DNA of 64,000 nt from Candidatus Moanibacter sp. (GTDB lineage: Bacteria; Verrucomicrobiota; Verrucomicrobiia; Opitutales; UBA2987), in assembly GCA_965215885.1 (NCBI GenBank), contig CBDCEW010000082.1:1-64000 (forward strand), written 5' to 3'. The notes under the pieces were generated by a model. The model was not told where the DNA came from. It searched no databases and saw only the letters and a program-made list of their open reading frames with translations. Numbering within the stretch: the stretch's first letter is position 1; each line of letters opens with the position of its first letter. Made by a program: the position numbers and the translations under genes. Shown here piece by piece: positions 52,943-63,676 of the stretch.

Positions 52943-54249
52943 GGGGAAAGTACTTCTTTTCCAAACCTCACCTCCAGCGAGCGGCCGTGCGCATCAAGCT
53001 GCTCCAGCGTACTAAACGCTTTCACGACGGACCGGGCTTTCGCCAGACTGCGTGTATCGTATTCCACCACACTGCTTCGACGAAAAAAATCGGACAGCTT
53101 CAGGCCGCTGCAAAATCGCGCAGTGCCACCGGTAGGGAGCGTATGGCTTGGTCCCGCCGTAAAGTCTCCCAAAACCGTCGGCGTGTTTTCTCCGATCAGC
53201 ACGGCCCCGACGTTACGTATTCCTTTCAGCAACCTGCCACACTTCTTACGATCCAGCAGGAGCTCAAGGTGCTCAGGAGCCACTAGATTGGCTACAGTGA
53301 CCGCCTCATCGAGATTGTCGACGAGAACTGCCAGATATCCTTCTCTCAAGACACTTTCAATTATTCCCCGATGACGTTGTTTCTCCGCTTCCTCTTTCAA
53401 CCTCGCGGATACAGTATTGATTAGTTTGAGGCTCGTCGAAACAAGGTACAATTTGCCCCCTTCACCGTGCTCTGCCTGCGCCAACAGATCAGCCGTTACC
53501 AATCCAGCCCTGGTTCGACTGTCAGCGATCACCATAACCTCACTCGGTCCCGGTAAGAGATCAATACCCACTTTTCCAAAGACCTGACGCTTTGCCTCAG
53601 TGACATATACATTACCCGGCCCGAAGATCTTGTGCACTGGAGGTATCGACCGGGTCCCGTAAGCCATGGCACCCACCGCCTGAGCCCCGCCCACCCGATA
53701 GACTTCACTGGCACGGCACATATGAAGCGCCGCCAAAAGTCCCGAATCGAGCGAGCCATCGGCACGCGGGGGAGTAAACACTGCGATCTCTGGCACCCTG
53801 GCCAACCTTGCCAGGAAGACAGTCATAAAAACTGTAGATACGAGCGGAACGTTACCCCCGGGAATATACATCCCGATACGTTCAAGCGGAATGTAGCGCT
53901 CCCCTACTTTCGCTCCCTGAAGATTCCTTCCCTTCCACGAGACTGGGAAACCGTGGCCATGAAAACCCTTTATGCAATCCATCGCCGCTCTCATCGCCTT
54001 GCGGTGCCCGGAAGAGAGGGATCCAGCTGCCGCAATGAGTTCCTCGGATTTAACGCGGAGATCATCCCTTCGCAGCTTGGCACCGTCGAGCTTTCTGGTG
54101 TAATCAACTATCGCCTTATCGCCCTGCTTCTTGACACTGGCCAAAATCTCGCGCACGACGGTTGCAACTTCGACATCGCCTGGTGTCTCGGCGCTGAATC
54201 TCTCGAGTTCTCTTCGCACACCTGGGGAACTATACTTTATTAGGCGCAT
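52939..54249 (-). CDS. hisD: Histidinol dehydrogenase
   Basis: YIPGG, GGAQAV, GPGN, GPSE, QAEH, APEHL, GPSHTLPT motifs. Confidence 0.97.
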   Translation of the reverse strand: MRLIKYSSPGVRRELERFSAETPGDVEVATVVREILASVKKQGDKAIVDYTRKLDGAKLRRDDLRVKSEELIAAAGSLSSGHRKAMRAAMDCIKGFHGHGFPVSWKGRNLQGAKVGERYIPLERIGMYIPGGNVPLVSTVFMTVFLARLARVPEIAVFTPPRADGSLDSGLLAALHMCRASEVYRVGGAQAVGAMAYGTRSIPPVHKIFGPGNVYVTEAKRQVFGKVGIDLLPGPSEVMVIADSRTRAGLVTADLLAQAEHGEGGKLYLVSTSLKLINTVSARLKEEAEKQRHRGIIESVLREGYLAVLVDNLDEAVTVANLVAPEHLELLLDRKKCGRLLKGIRNVGAVLIGENTPTVLGDFTAGPSHTLPTGGTARFCSGLKLSDFFRRSSVVEYDTRSLAKARSVVKAFSTLEQLDAHGRSLEVRFGKEVLSP

Positions 54250-54330
54250 CGGTTATGAAACGCGATTTCTCCGTCGGAAATTTCCCGAATCTGGCGCAAT
54301 TAAAGGGCCGCGCAAGCCGGGCATCTCCAT

Positions 54331-55116
54331 TCAATCGACATCACGACGCTTCGATGGAATGAAAGACGGTATCTCGAAGAGTGAATCATCGATTGCTTCG
54401 TTCACAATAATCTCCTCGAAAAAAACAGTATTGAACTGTTTGCCTTCTACCAGGCTTTCTACCCTGTCAGGAAATTTCACCCCAGCAATCACGACTTTCC
54501 CCTTTTCCCTCATCTCTATCCCCTGATCCGTAACGGTGGCAATGAGTTCGCCGGATTCGACATCGAAATAGCGTTCGTAGTAAATGTCATCTGCATATTG
54601 AAATACGAGCAGATGCGTACTCCTGCCGTCTTTCATCACTTCGCCTTTGTCCGTTATTTTACCCTGTAGCTTTTCGATACCAGTAAAAAAGCTGAGGTTT
54701 TCGAAGGTATTGGCACGCAGACGCTTAAGCTCGCCGGCCCCTAGAATCTGCAGTTCCAGTTTATCGGGTTCATTGAGTCTCTTAATACTACGCCAGCCAT
54801 CATAATTATCCACCACCGTAATCCGGACCACATCTTTCTGCTTTACAACCTGCCTCTGCCGCATGGGCTTTTCGAGGATGATCTGAATTGTTCCTTCGCG
54901 ATCTTCATCTTCACTCGAAGCTTCTTCTTCTTGTGGATGCACTTCGAACCTGCCGAAGTACTGAATAGTGACAATCGCGTCGAGATTAGCATCTCCACCC
55001 AGGTGAGCTCGCGCTCTCGCGATAACCTCATCCTTTCCGGCAGTGCTCTCGTTTGGCAAAATCACGAGAGTCGAGAGGCCTATAGAAAGAAGGAATTGCT
55101 TAGTATGCGGGTTCAT
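54331..55116 (-). CDS. Exported protein, LolA/lipoprotein-sorting-like fold suspected
   Basis: Signal peptide; ARAHLGG...YFDVESGELI..GVKFP...VNEAIDDSLF pattern. Confidence 0.55.
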   Translation of the reverse strand: MNPHTKQFLLSIGLSTLVILPNESTAGKDEVIARARAHLGGDANLDAIVTIQYFGRFEVHPQEEEASSEDEDREGTIQIILEKPMRQRQVVKQKDVVRITVVDNYDGWRSIKRLNEPDKLELQILGAGELKRLRANTFENLSFFTGIEKLQGKITDKGEVMKDGRSTHLLVFQYADDIYYERYFDVESGELIATVTDQGIEMREKGKVVIAGVKFPDRVESLVEGKQFNTVFFEEIIVNEAIDDSLFEIPSFIPSKRRDVD

Positions 55117-55266
55117 CCTGAATTTCAGAGCTTTTCGGAGGCGGTTTCGATGCAGTCCGGAAATTTGTGAAATTTTCGGACCAAGTGTTAGATCTGCGGG
55201 TTTCAATGTCCAGACGCAAAGCGAAAGGGCCGCATAGCATTCCGACAGCAATTTAGGGCAGTAGTT

Positions 55267-56805
55267 TCACTCCCATTCAATTGTGCTGGGCGGCTTCGAG
55301 CTGATATCCAGACAAACGCGGTTCACACCCTTCACCTCGTTAATGATACGGGAAGATATCTGCTCCAGAATCCTATGTGGCACTCGTGCCCAATCAACCG
55401 TCATTGCATCGGTGCTCTCCACAATCCGTAGCGCTACTACATTTTCATAGGTGCGGGCATCTCCCATGACACCGACTGTCTTCACCGGAAGAAATACCGC
55501 AAATGCCTGCCAGACACGATAATAGAATCCGCTCTTCTTGATCTCTTCAATCAGTATCGCATCGGCCTCCCGCAGGATATTCAGGCTCCTGCCGGTAATC
55601 TCACCCACTACACGCACCGCCAATCCAGGCCCGGGAAACGGGTGCCTCCAAATGACCTCTCGAGGCAGCCCCAACTCCGCCCCGAGAGACCGCACTTCGT
55701 CCTTAAACAACTCGCGCAGTGGTTCCAGGAGTTTGAGCCGTAAACGGCTCGGTAGTCCTCCAACATTGTGGTGGGTTTTTATCAGCGCGGCGGGGTTATC
55801 TCCAATCGGGACGCTCTCGATTACATCCGGATAGAGGGTCCCCTGGGCCAGATACTCAACACCGGATAGATTCTTGATTTCCCCTTCGAACACTTCAATG
55901 AAGGTCCTTCCTATAATCTTCCTCTTGCGCTCGGGGTCAGACACACCTTTTAATCGGCCCAGGAATTTCCGCCCCGCCTTGACCACAATGAATCGGGAAG
56001 TAAAGTGCTTTTTATACAGGCTCTCTACCTGCTGGCGTTCATTCCGACGAAGCAGGCCGTTATCGACAAATACGCAGGTAAGTTGCTTTCCTACTGCTCG
56101 ATTGATGAGGGCTGCCGAAACGGAAGAATCCACTCCACCACTAAAACCAAGAATGACGCGTTTATCTCCTACCGTCTCACGAATCGTCCGGACGGAAGAT
56201 TCTATATAGTCTGCCATCGACCAATCACCCTTGCAGCAACAGATTCTAAGAATGAAATTTCTCAGAATCTTCTCACCGTCATCTGTGTGCGCAACCTCCG
56301 GATGAAACTGCAGCCCATAAATTCGTCGGTCCCTGTTCTCGATGGCGGCAAATTCTGAGTTTTCAGTCCCTCCCAACTTCGTAAAACCAGGTGGAAGTTT
56401 GTTGAGTCTATCACCGTGCGAATTCCAAACCCGAATTTCGCTTTTTACTCTGGCCAGGAGGTTTCCCTTCCTCTCAATTTTCAGTACGCCATGACCGTAT
56501 TCACGGTGTTCGCTCGCCTCGACACTTCCGCCAAGGAGATTTCCTATCAACTGCAGACCGTAGCAGATACCCAGAACGGGAACATCGATTTCAAATATAC
56601 CCGCATCCGGGAAAGGAGCCTTCGCACCAAATACGCTCGATGGGCCTCCTGATAGAATAATGCCCTTTACTCCATCTTTCTTCAACTTTGAGGCCGACGT
56701 TGAAAACGGGTAGATCTGGGAGAAGACGCGATTTCCCCGAATGCGCCTCGCGATCACCTGGGTATATTGTGACCCAAAATCGAGTACCGCAATTGTCTCT
56801 CCCAT
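55267..56805 (-). CDS. guaA: GMP synthase (glutamine-hydrolysing)
   Basis: [48 protein letters not shown] motifs. Confidence 0.97.
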   Translation of the reverse strand: MGETIAVLDFGSQYTQVIARRIRGNRVFSQIYPFSTSASKLKKDGVKGIILSGGPSSVFGAKAPFPDAGIFEIDVPVLGICYGLQLIGNLLGGSVEASEHREYGHGVLKIERKGNLLARVKSEIRVWNSHGDRLNKLPPGFTKLGGTENSEFAAIENRDRRIYGLQFHPEVAHTDDGEKILRNFILRICCCKGDWSMADYIESSVRTIRETVGDKRVILGFSGGVDSSVSAALINRAVGKQLTCVFVDNGLLRRNERQQVESLYKKHFTSRFIVVKAGRKFLGRLKGVSDPERKRKIIGRTFIEVFEGEIKNLSGVEYLAQGTLYPDVIESVPIGDNPAALIKTHHNVGGLPSRLRLKLLEPLRELFKDEVRSLGAELGLPREVIWRHPFPGPGLAVRVVGEITGRSLNILREADAILIEEIKKSGFYYRVWQAFAVFLPVKTVGVMGDARTYENVVALRIVESTDAMTVDWARVPHRILEQISSRIINEVKGVNRVCLDISSKPPSTIEWE

Positions 56806-56922
56806 AACCCCAAAATTACCATTTTAGCCCCCTTGCTGAAAGGTAAATCCCTCTAACTCGGAATTCGCTCGATATACATCCGTCGAGCGTGATCATCGCA
56901 GGGGTCAGCTCTTACGGGACTG

Positions 56923-57171
56923 TCAGAATATAAGCCGGGAATTCTCAAAGCGACAGTGCGGACAGGCGACGAGGTCGGATTCCCTTTTGGCCGTGTAAAT
57001 CGAGTCACACTTTATGCAATGAAAGAGCACAGGAAACCTCTCAAGTTCGTAAAGGCTCCTGTCCCGCCAGTCGTAATAAAACCATAACCCGATAACAAGA
57101 GAGAGCCCCGCGGAAAGAAACAGAAAGAAGAATACATCGAGGCTTAAAGTCACCATGACGGCGAAATTCAT
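56923..57171 (-). CDS. Small membrane protein with C-terminal zinc ribbon
   Basis: One TM helix, then CIKC...CPHC. Confidence 0.6.
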   Translation of the reverse strand: MNFAVMVTLSLDVFFFLFLSAGLSLVIGLWFYYDWRDRSLYELERFPVLFHCIKCDSIYTAKRESDLVACPHCRFENSRLIF

Positions 57172-57220
57172 TATCGAGAATAGATCCGAAAAATCAAGTG
57201 GACCTGAAATCCAGTTTTAT

Positions 57221-57832
57221 TCAACCGGAAACGGACTTCTCTTTATCCTCTTCGTCATCTTCCGCTGCCACGACGTCACTTTCGGATTCTCTCACTTCAT
57301 CTTCGGCTGACTCGGCCACTCCGCTCTCCTCACCATCCGGCGTTCTCTCTTGGGACGAAGACTCCGATGCCTCCGGTTCGGAGTCCTTGGACTCTCTCCC
57401 TGCTTTTGTCCCTGTCTTCTTACTTTTTCGACGCGATGACCTGTAACCTTCATCCTCTGCGTCGATCAATTCAATAATCGCCATTTCCGCGGCATCGCCA
57501 AGACGCCTCCCGATCTTGTAAACGCGCGTATATCCCCCGTCGCGATTGGCGAATTCCTCCACTCTTTCTTCAAAAAGTTTATGGACCACTGTTTTGTTAC
57601 GGACTCGCGAAATTGCAAGTCTCCTCAGATAAAGAGCGCGGTCAGGGCTAGCTTTCTGAGCCCGTTTGGCCAACGTGATCGTCTTTTCCACGAATGGCCG
57701 CAAGGCTTTCGCTTTGGCCAGAGTCGTATGAATGCGACCGTGCTCGATGAGCGCCGACGCCATGTTTGCCATAAGGGCAATCCGGTGCTCCTTCTTCACC
57801 CCTAACTGATGATGATGCTTTCGATGGCGCAT
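57221..57832 (-). CDS. rplQ: 50S ribosomal protein L17 with acidic C-terminal extension
   Basis: MRHRK..., TTLAKAK, GGYTR, GDAAEMAIIEL motifs. Confidence 0.97.
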   Translation of the reverse strand: MRHRKHHHQLGVKKEHRIALMANMASALIEHGRIHTTLAKAKALRPFVEKTITLAKRAQKASPDRALYLRRLAISRVRNKTVVHKLFEERVEEFANRDGGYTRVYKIGRRLGDAAEMAIIELIDAEDEGYRSSRRKSKKTGTKAGRESKDSEPEASESSSQERTPDGEESGVAESAEDEVRESESDVVAAEDDEEDKEKSVSG

Positions 57833-57844
57833 CGCGCAATGGGA

Positions 57845-58846
57845 CTAAGCGTCGCTTCGGCTCTCCAACAACCGCTCGTCAATTTTCATACCGAGTGAAA
57901 GCCCCAGCTGCTCCAGCTTGGCCTTGATTTCGTTGAGCGATTTTTTACCAAAGTTGCGGTACTTTAGCATTTCCTGTTCAGTTTTCATCGAGAGTTCTCC
58001 CACCGTCGTAATATTTGCATTGTTCAGACAATTGGCCGCACGAACTGAGAGCTCGATCTCATTTACGCTCATATTGAGAAGCTTGCGGAGTTTATTCTGT
58101 TCTTCACTCACTTCGGCTTGTTCGCTCTCAAACTCGACCGAGTCTTCGCTCACCTGGTCGAAAACGTCGAGATGATACTTTATGATCGAGGCTGACTGTT
58201 TCAGCGCTTCATCCGGTGTAATGCGGCCGTCCGTCCAAACTTCGAGGATGAGCTTATCGTAATCGGTCATTTGCCCTACACGGGTATTCTCGACCGCGTA
58301 CTTAACAAGACGAACAGGGCTGAAAAGAGAATCAATAGCGACAACACCAATGGGTTGATCCTCGGACTTGTTATCTTCTCCGGAACAGTAGCCGCGACCG
58401 ACTTTGATCTCAAGCTCCGCTAAGATTCGTCGCTTCTTATCAATCGTACATATTATCTGCCCTGGATTTATTATCTCAATATTCGCATCCGGCTGAATTT
58501 CCGCCGCCGTCACCTCTCCCTTTTTCTCTACATCGATAAGCAATCTTATCGTTTCGCGCTTATGCGATCGAATGAGTACCCTCTTTAGATTCAAGACTAT
58601 GTCGGTTACATCCTCTTCCACACCTTCGATGCTCTGAAATTCGTGGTCTACTCCGTCGATGTTTACTGAGGAGATTGCCGCCCCCTCAATTGAGCTCAAC
58701 AGCACCCGCCGAAGCGAATTCCCTACCGTGTGACCATATCCAGTTTCAAACGGTTCAGCTACAAACTTCGCATAAGTATCCGTAGCGGTTTTTTCCTCTT
58801 TCACGAGGCGTTTCGGCAACTCGAATTTTCCTAATCGTACAGGCAT
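57845..58846 (-). CDS. rpoA: RNA polymerase alpha subunit
   Basis: GYGHTVGNSLRRVLLSS, FSPV, LSVRAANCL, NFGKKSL motifs. Confidence 0.98.
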   Translation of the reverse strand: MPVRLGKFELPKRLVKEEKTATDTYAKFVAEPFETGYGHTVGNSLRRVLLSSIEGAAISSVNIDGVDHEFQSIEGVEEDVTDIVLNLKRVLIRSHKRETIRLLIDVEKKGEVTAAEIQPDANIEIINPGQIICTIDKKRRILAELEIKVGRGYCSGEDNKSEDQPIGVVAIDSLFSPVRLVKYAVENTRVGQMTDYDKLILEVWTDGRITPDEALKQSASIIKYHLDVFDQVSEDSVEFESEQAEVSEEQNKLRKLLNMSVNEIELSVRAANCLNNANITTVGELSMKTEQEMLKYRNFGKKSLNEIKAKLEQLGLSLGMKIDERLLESRSDA

Positions 58847-59004
58847 TTTTTCTCTTCTGTTTAAGTTTTGCGACCGACGTTAAAATTTACTCTCAAATTG
58901 AGCGTGCTCCCAGTTCTCACAGCGGCAGGACAGCGTATACTATATACTCCAATTTGAAACTGCGATGGACCCGCGAAGCGGGACCGGATATCTTTTCCAC
59001 ATTC

Positions 59005-59613
59005 TTAGCGGCTGTAGAATTCGACGATAAGCTGCACGTTTACTCCCGGCTCTATCTCTTCCCTTGTCGGCAAGCGATTCATTTCAGCACGAAGCGAATC
59101 TTCATGACGCGTCAGCCAGGCCGGTGGAGTCCGCATTCGGGTATCTTCAATGCTACGGGTAGCCAATTGTCTCGATGAGGTACACGCCTTGACTTCGATC
59201 TCATCGCCAGGTGTCGCAGCAAAACTCGGAATATCAACTTTGTGGCCATTGATCCTAATATGCCCATGATTAACAAATTGTCTCGACTGCTTGCGAGTCT
59301 TGGCGAATCCCAGCAGATATATGACATTATCAAGCCGGGTCTCCAGCATCTGTAGAAAAATATCACCTGTGATGCCTCGTCTTTTCTTCGCTTTCTCAAA
59401 ATAGAGGCGAAACTGCTTTTCGGTGAGTCCGTAGATGTAGCGCAACTTCTGTTTCTCACTGAGTCCCAAAGCATAATCAGATATCTTCCTCCGATGACGC
59501 TGTCCATGTTCCCCAGGCAGATACGGCTTCCGCTCAAAAGCCTTATTGGGCGGAAAGATTGCCATACCGAAACGTCGGTTTATTCGAGTGGTTGGTCCTG
59601 TATAGCGTGCCAT
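59005..59613 (-). CDS. rpsD: 30S ribosomal protein S4
   Basis: MARYTGP, EKQKLR, LETRLDN, VNHGH, IVEFYSR motifs. Confidence 0.98.
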   Translation of the reverse strand: MARYTGPTTRINRRFGMAIFPPNKAFERKPYLPGEHGQRHRRKISDYALGLSEKQKLRYIYGLTEKQFRLYFEKAKKRRGITGDIFLQMLETRLDNVIYLLGFAKTRKQSRQFVNHGHIRINGHKVDIPSFAATPGDEIEVKACTSSRQLATRSIEDTRMRTPPAWLTRHEDSLRAEMNRLPTREEIEPGVNVQLIVEFYSR

Positions 59614-59672
59614 CTTATTTGTAAATTCCCTTAAGAATACGAGCGTAAGGTAGTCCAGCGTCGTGTCTCAAA

Positions 59673-60314
59673 CTACACTCGCCGCCTCTTGGGAGGCCGG
59701 CAGCCGTTATGGGGCACAGGGGTTACATCGGTTATGGAAAGGACTGAAAAGCCTAACGACTGCAACGCCCTCACCGCGGAATCGCGCCCCATCCCCGGCC
59801 CTTTCACTTTCACCTCAATTTCCCTGAGACCATGCCCCATGGCAGCTCGACCTGCATCCTGAGTTACGATTTGAGCGGCATACGCGGTCGACTTCCGGGA
59901 ACCTCGAAAACCGCACTTGCCCGCACTTGACCACGATATTACATTTCCGCTCAAGTCCGTAAACGAAACTTTTGTGTTGTTAAATGTAGCCAGAATGTGG
60001 ACCACACCGGAATGAATATTCTTGCTGCCCTTGGCACGGCGAATCTTAATATTCGCAAATTCGTCCTTAAGGAGATCAGCTGCCGTCGGGGCCTTGGAGA
60101 CTTCTCCCTCTTTCTCAGCATCTTTCGCATCCGCCGAAACGGTCTTTTTCGGTTTTTCCTTGCTCTCTGCTCTTGCGGCAGGGTCTTCACTCCTTTCCGC
60201 TGCTTTCTCCTCGCCGGCACTATTCCCGTTTCCGGCCTTTGTCTCTTTCACGGGCTCATCAACCTTCACCGCCTCACTGGACTCAGATTGTTCTCTATTT
60301 TCCTTTTCATTCAT
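59673..60314 (-). CDS. rpsK: 30S ribosomal protein S11 with long N-terminal extension
   Basis: [37 protein letters not shown] motifs. Confidence 0.97.
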   Translation of the reverse strand: MNEKENREQSESSEAVKVDEPVKETKAGNGNSAGEEKAAERSEDPAARAESKEKPKKTVSADAKDAEKEGEVSKAPTAADLLKDEFANIKIRRAKGSKNIHSGVVHILATFNNTKVSFTDLSGNVISWSSAGKCGFRGSRKSTAYAAQIVTQDAGRAAMGHGLREIEVKVKGPGMGRDSAVRALQSLGFSVLSITDVTPVPHNGCRPPKRRRV

Positions 60315-60327
60315 TGCTTTAGTAAAA

Positions 60328-60702
60328 TCATTGTTTCTTCATAATACCCACTGTTTTCCGCTTACCCTTCCGCGTGCGCGCGTTGCATTGAGTCCGCTGT
60401 CCACGAACCGGAAGCCCCCGCCGGTGGCGCAAACCGCGATAGCAATTTATAGCCTGAAGTCGTTTCATGTTTGCCGACCATTCCCGCCGCAAATCGCCCT
60501 CGATCAGTAGGTTCTTCTCGTTAAGAACTCGAGTAATCTTTGTGATTTCTTCTTCAGTGAGTTCATGTGCACGGCGGTCCGGATCCAGTTCCGCGGCTTC
60601 GACAACGAGATCCGCCCGGGACGGCCCGATACCGAATATGTAGCGCAGGGCAAAAGGCAGCTTCTTGTTGCCGGGTATGTCTACTCCAAGAATACGTGGC
60701 AT
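60328..60702 (-). CDS. rpsM: 30S ribosomal protein S13
   Basis: [31 protein letters not shown] motifs. Confidence 0.98.
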   Translation of the reverse strand: MPRILGVDIPGNKKLPFALRYIFGIGPSRADLVVEAAELDPDRRAHELTEEEITKITRVLNEKNLLIEGDLRREWSANMKRLQAINCYRGLRHRRGLPVRGQRTQCNARTRKGKRKTVGIMKKQ

Positions 60703-60778
60703 CCCAGAAATCCTCGGTTCATGTTGGTTTAGAGAGGGATAAGGAGGTGAAAATCACGAAAAAAGAGTGTTAGAAAAG

Positions 60779-61546
60779 CTAATTCTTCGCTCTTGTCAAT
60801 ATTTCAGGAGGACCATCCGTAACCAGTACCGTGTGCTCGAAATGCGCTGAGGGCTTGCCGTCCTGAGTAACTGCGGTCCAACCGTCCGGCGCCAACTCAA
60901 TTTCCGGCCCCCCCAGATTAACCATGGGTTCGATGGCCAGCGTCATGTGAGGTTTCAAAAGCATCCCAGTCCCCGGTCTTCCAAAATTCGGAATCTGCGG
61001 CTCTTCATGCATGGAGCGCCCCACACCATGACCCACGAAATCCCGCACAATGGCAAATTTATGCGGCTCGATATAGTGCTGCACGGAATGGGATATATCG
61101 CCCACCCGATTGCCCGACCGCGCCCTTTCGATTCCCCGGTAAAGCGCTCTTTCCGTCTCCCGCACCAGCTTCTCCACGACCGGATTGGCCGGAGATATTA
61201 ATACGGTTCTGGCGTTGTCTCCTATATATCCATCGTATATCACAGTGACATCAATAGTCACGGCGTCACCCGAATGCAATACTCGCTTAAGAGAACCTAT
61301 ACCATGAACTATCTCCTCATTCACAGAAATGCACGTGTAAGCAGGAAAGCGCCGATTCCCGATTCTGTAATTGTAACAGGCGCTAGTCGCTCCGAAATTT
61401 TGAATTAACTTCCTTCCCGATTGGTCTAGGTCGTAGGTGTTAACTCCCGGTGACACGAAAGAGGAGAGTCTCTCAAGAACCAGCGCTGCGATCTGGCAGG
61501 ACTGTCGCATCTTGTTAATTTCCTCTTCTGATTTTATTGGTATCAT
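60779..61546 (-). CDS. map: Methionine aminopeptidase type I
   Basis: CISVNEEIVHG, GDNART, GHGVG..HEEP, AIEPM, SAHFEHT motifs. Confidence 0.97.
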   Translation of the reverse strand: MIPIKSEEEINKMRQSCQIAALVLERLSSFVSPGVNTYDLDQSGRKLIQNFGATSACYNYRIGNRRFPAYTCISVNEEIVHGIGSLKRVLHSGDAVTIDVTVIYDGYIGDNARTVLISPANPVVEKLVRETERALYRGIERARSGNRVGDISHSVQHYIEPHKFAIVRDFVGHGVGRSMHEEPQIPNFGRPGTGMLLKPHMTLAIEPMVNLGGPEIELAPDGWTAVTQDGKPSAHFEHTVLVTDGPPEILTRAKN

Positions 61547-61579
61547 AAACGCAATCACGCAATATCTGAATCATCCGCT

Positions 61580-63076
61580 TCAAACGTACATCTGTAATAT
61601 CCAACAAACGGTTCCGACAGAAAATGCGACAGCCAGCCATACCCAGAAAATATTGAGATTTTTGATCTCTTCCATATGCACAACCTGTCGAGTACGCCCG
61701 ACACTACGTCCCCGTATACGCCCCTTGTTCAGGAACCCATCGTAGTGGCGCTGGAGGAGATACGTCTCGATCTGCCGCAGAGTATCCAACAGGACGCCAA
61801 CAACAATCAGCATTCCCGTCCCGCCGAAAAATTGCGCAACCTGGTAGGGAATTCCGAAATAAAACAAGAGGCTATCGGGAAAGACTGCGATTACAGTAAG
61901 GGCCAATGCACCAAAAAGAGTCAAGCGGGTCATAACGAAATCGAGAAATTTCGCTGTCGGCTCGCCCGGACGTACTCCGGGTATATAACCACCGTTTTTT
62001 TTCAGATCGTCCGCAATCTGAATGGGTTTGAACATTACGGAGACCCAAAAATAACTGAAACAGAGAATAAGAAGCCCGAATATCAGATAATATGTCTTGT
62101 TGCCCTGCTGCATGTAGCCGGCAAAATCCCTGATGAAGGGAACGTCAATAGCAGCACCCAGGTATTGGGATATCGATTGAAAAAACAAAAGAATCGCACT
62201 TGCAAATATGACGGGCATAACGCCGGAGTAATTTACCTTCAAAGGAAGGAAAGAACTCTGCCCGCCGTAGACCTTGCGACCCACCACTCGCTTCGCGTAC
62301 TGCACGGGTATCTTTCGCTGCGCCTGGGTCAAAGCTATAATGCCGGCGATGGCGAGGAATAGCAACAGCAGCATCAGGATTCCCTGGGGAGCCCCTAGCC
62401 CTTCAACTCCCACAGGCGCGCGAAACAACCGATAGGTCAGGGCAGCCGCCGCCGGCAAATCGGCGAGGATTCCGACGGTAATGAGTAGGGAGATTCCCTG
62501 ACCTATTCCCCGCTGGGTAATCTGTTCTCCCAACCACATGAGCAAAACAGTCCCCGCTGTGAGAAATATCACTGAAGTTATGATAAACCACACCTGATCG
62601 ACGAGCACTATTGGCCCATATTCCGCAATCGTGAATCCGGAGAAGAGCTTACTGGGATTACGCAATGCGAGAAGAAGCAAGAAGCCCTGAATCAGGCAAA
62701 TAGCCACCGTCGCGTAACGTGTATACTGGGTGATTTTCTGGCGACCAATTTCACCTTCCTGCTGAAGACGCGCCAGGGTTGGAACTACCGCGGTCATCAG
62801 CTGAAAGATAATTGAAGCACTGATATAGGGCATAATGCCCAGTGCACAGACCGCGCCCTTTAGCAAGGCCCCTCCCGTGAACATATTATACAACCCTACA
62901 AGCGATCCACCACCTGCCGCACTCTGGTCACGGAAGAAGCTCTGGAGTGGACTCGGATCCAGTCCAGGCAAAGGTATGTTCGCTCCAATACGCGCAATAA
63001 ACAAAAGCCCGAGGGTGAACCCGATTCGCTTTTTCAATTCGGGTATCTTGAGGCAATTGACAAATGCCGATATCAT
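61580..63076 (-). CDS. secY: Preprotein translocase SecY
   Basis: LGIMPYISASII, IPVQYAK, GVMPVIFAS, IPGVRPG, GGTGMLIVVGV motifs. Confidence 0.98.
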   Translation of the reverse strand: MISAFVNCLKIPELKKRIGFTLGLLFIARIGANIPLPGLDPSPLQSFFRDQSAAGGGSLVGLYNMFTGGALLKGAVCALGIMPYISASIIFQLMTAVVPTLARLQQEGEIGRQKITQYTRYATVAICLIQGFLLLLALRNPSKLFSGFTIAEYGPIVLVDQVWFIITSVIFLTAGTVLLMWLGEQITQRGIGQGISLLITVGILADLPAAAALTYRLFRAPVGVEGLGAPQGILMLLLLFLAIAGIIALTQAQRKIPVQYAKRVVGRKVYGGQSSFLPLKVNYSGVMPVIFASAILLFFQSISQYLGAAIDVPFIRDFAGYMQQGNKTYYLIFGLLILCFSYFWVSVMFKPIQIADDLKKNGGYIPGVRPGEPTAKFLDFVMTRLTLFGALALTVIAVFPDSLLFYFGIPYQVAQFFGGTGMLIVVGVLLDTLRQIETYLLQRHYDGFLNKGRIRGRSVGRTRQVVHMEEIKNLNIFWVWLAVAFSVGTVCWILQMYV

Positions 63077-63144
63077 AAATCGAATTTGCTTCTCAGTGCG
63101 GTTTTCTAAAAGAGTCCGGATATTGAGATATCCGGTTTAGTCGC

Positions 63145-63660
63145 TTACTCAGAGGCCTGATCTTCTGACCGGTTCTGCTCTGACTCGTTTTGCGTATCAG
63201 ACTTGTGAAGGCAAGCTCCTGTTACGATAGCCTCACCGCCGGCATCCTTTATTTTCTGAACGGCGGTGTCGGAAAACTTATCGGCCGTCACTTTCAGAGC
63301 GCGCCCGACCTCTCCATGGCCCAGGATTTTAATCTTGTCCGCGTTTCGCCGCACCAGCCCTGCCTTTTTGAGAACTTCGGAGTCAATCTTTTTCACCCGC
63401 TTTATCCTGTCAAGGCTTCCCACGTTGACTACGGCATGGTCGCTGCGAAATCTGGAATTGTTAAATCCTCGACGAGGCAAGCGCCGATAGAGGGGTACAT
63501 GACCGCTCTCAAATCCGGGTCTCATGGAACTTCCCGATCGCGACCGCTGTCCCTTCTGGCCGCGTCCTGAGGTTTTCCCCCGCCCCGATCCCCGTCCATG
63601 TCCTACGCGCCTGCGAGGCTTACGCCCCCCTTTGGCTACCGGTAAATTGTTCAATCGCAT
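63145..63660 (-). CDS. rplO: 50S ribosomal protein L15
   Basis: GRGSGRGKTSGRGQKGQRSR, GFESGHVPLYRRLP, KILGHG motifs. Confidence 0.97.
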   Translation of the reverse strand: MRLNNLPVAKGGRKPRRRVGHGRGSGRGKTSGRGQKGQRSRSGSSMRPGFESGHVPLYRRLPRRGFNNSRFRSDHAVVNVGSLDRIKRVKKIDSEVLKKAGLVRRNADKIKILGHGEVGRALKVTADKFSDTAVQKIKDAGGEAIVTGACLHKSDTQNESEQNRSEDQASE

Positions 63661-63676
63661 CGCAAATTAAGGTTCC

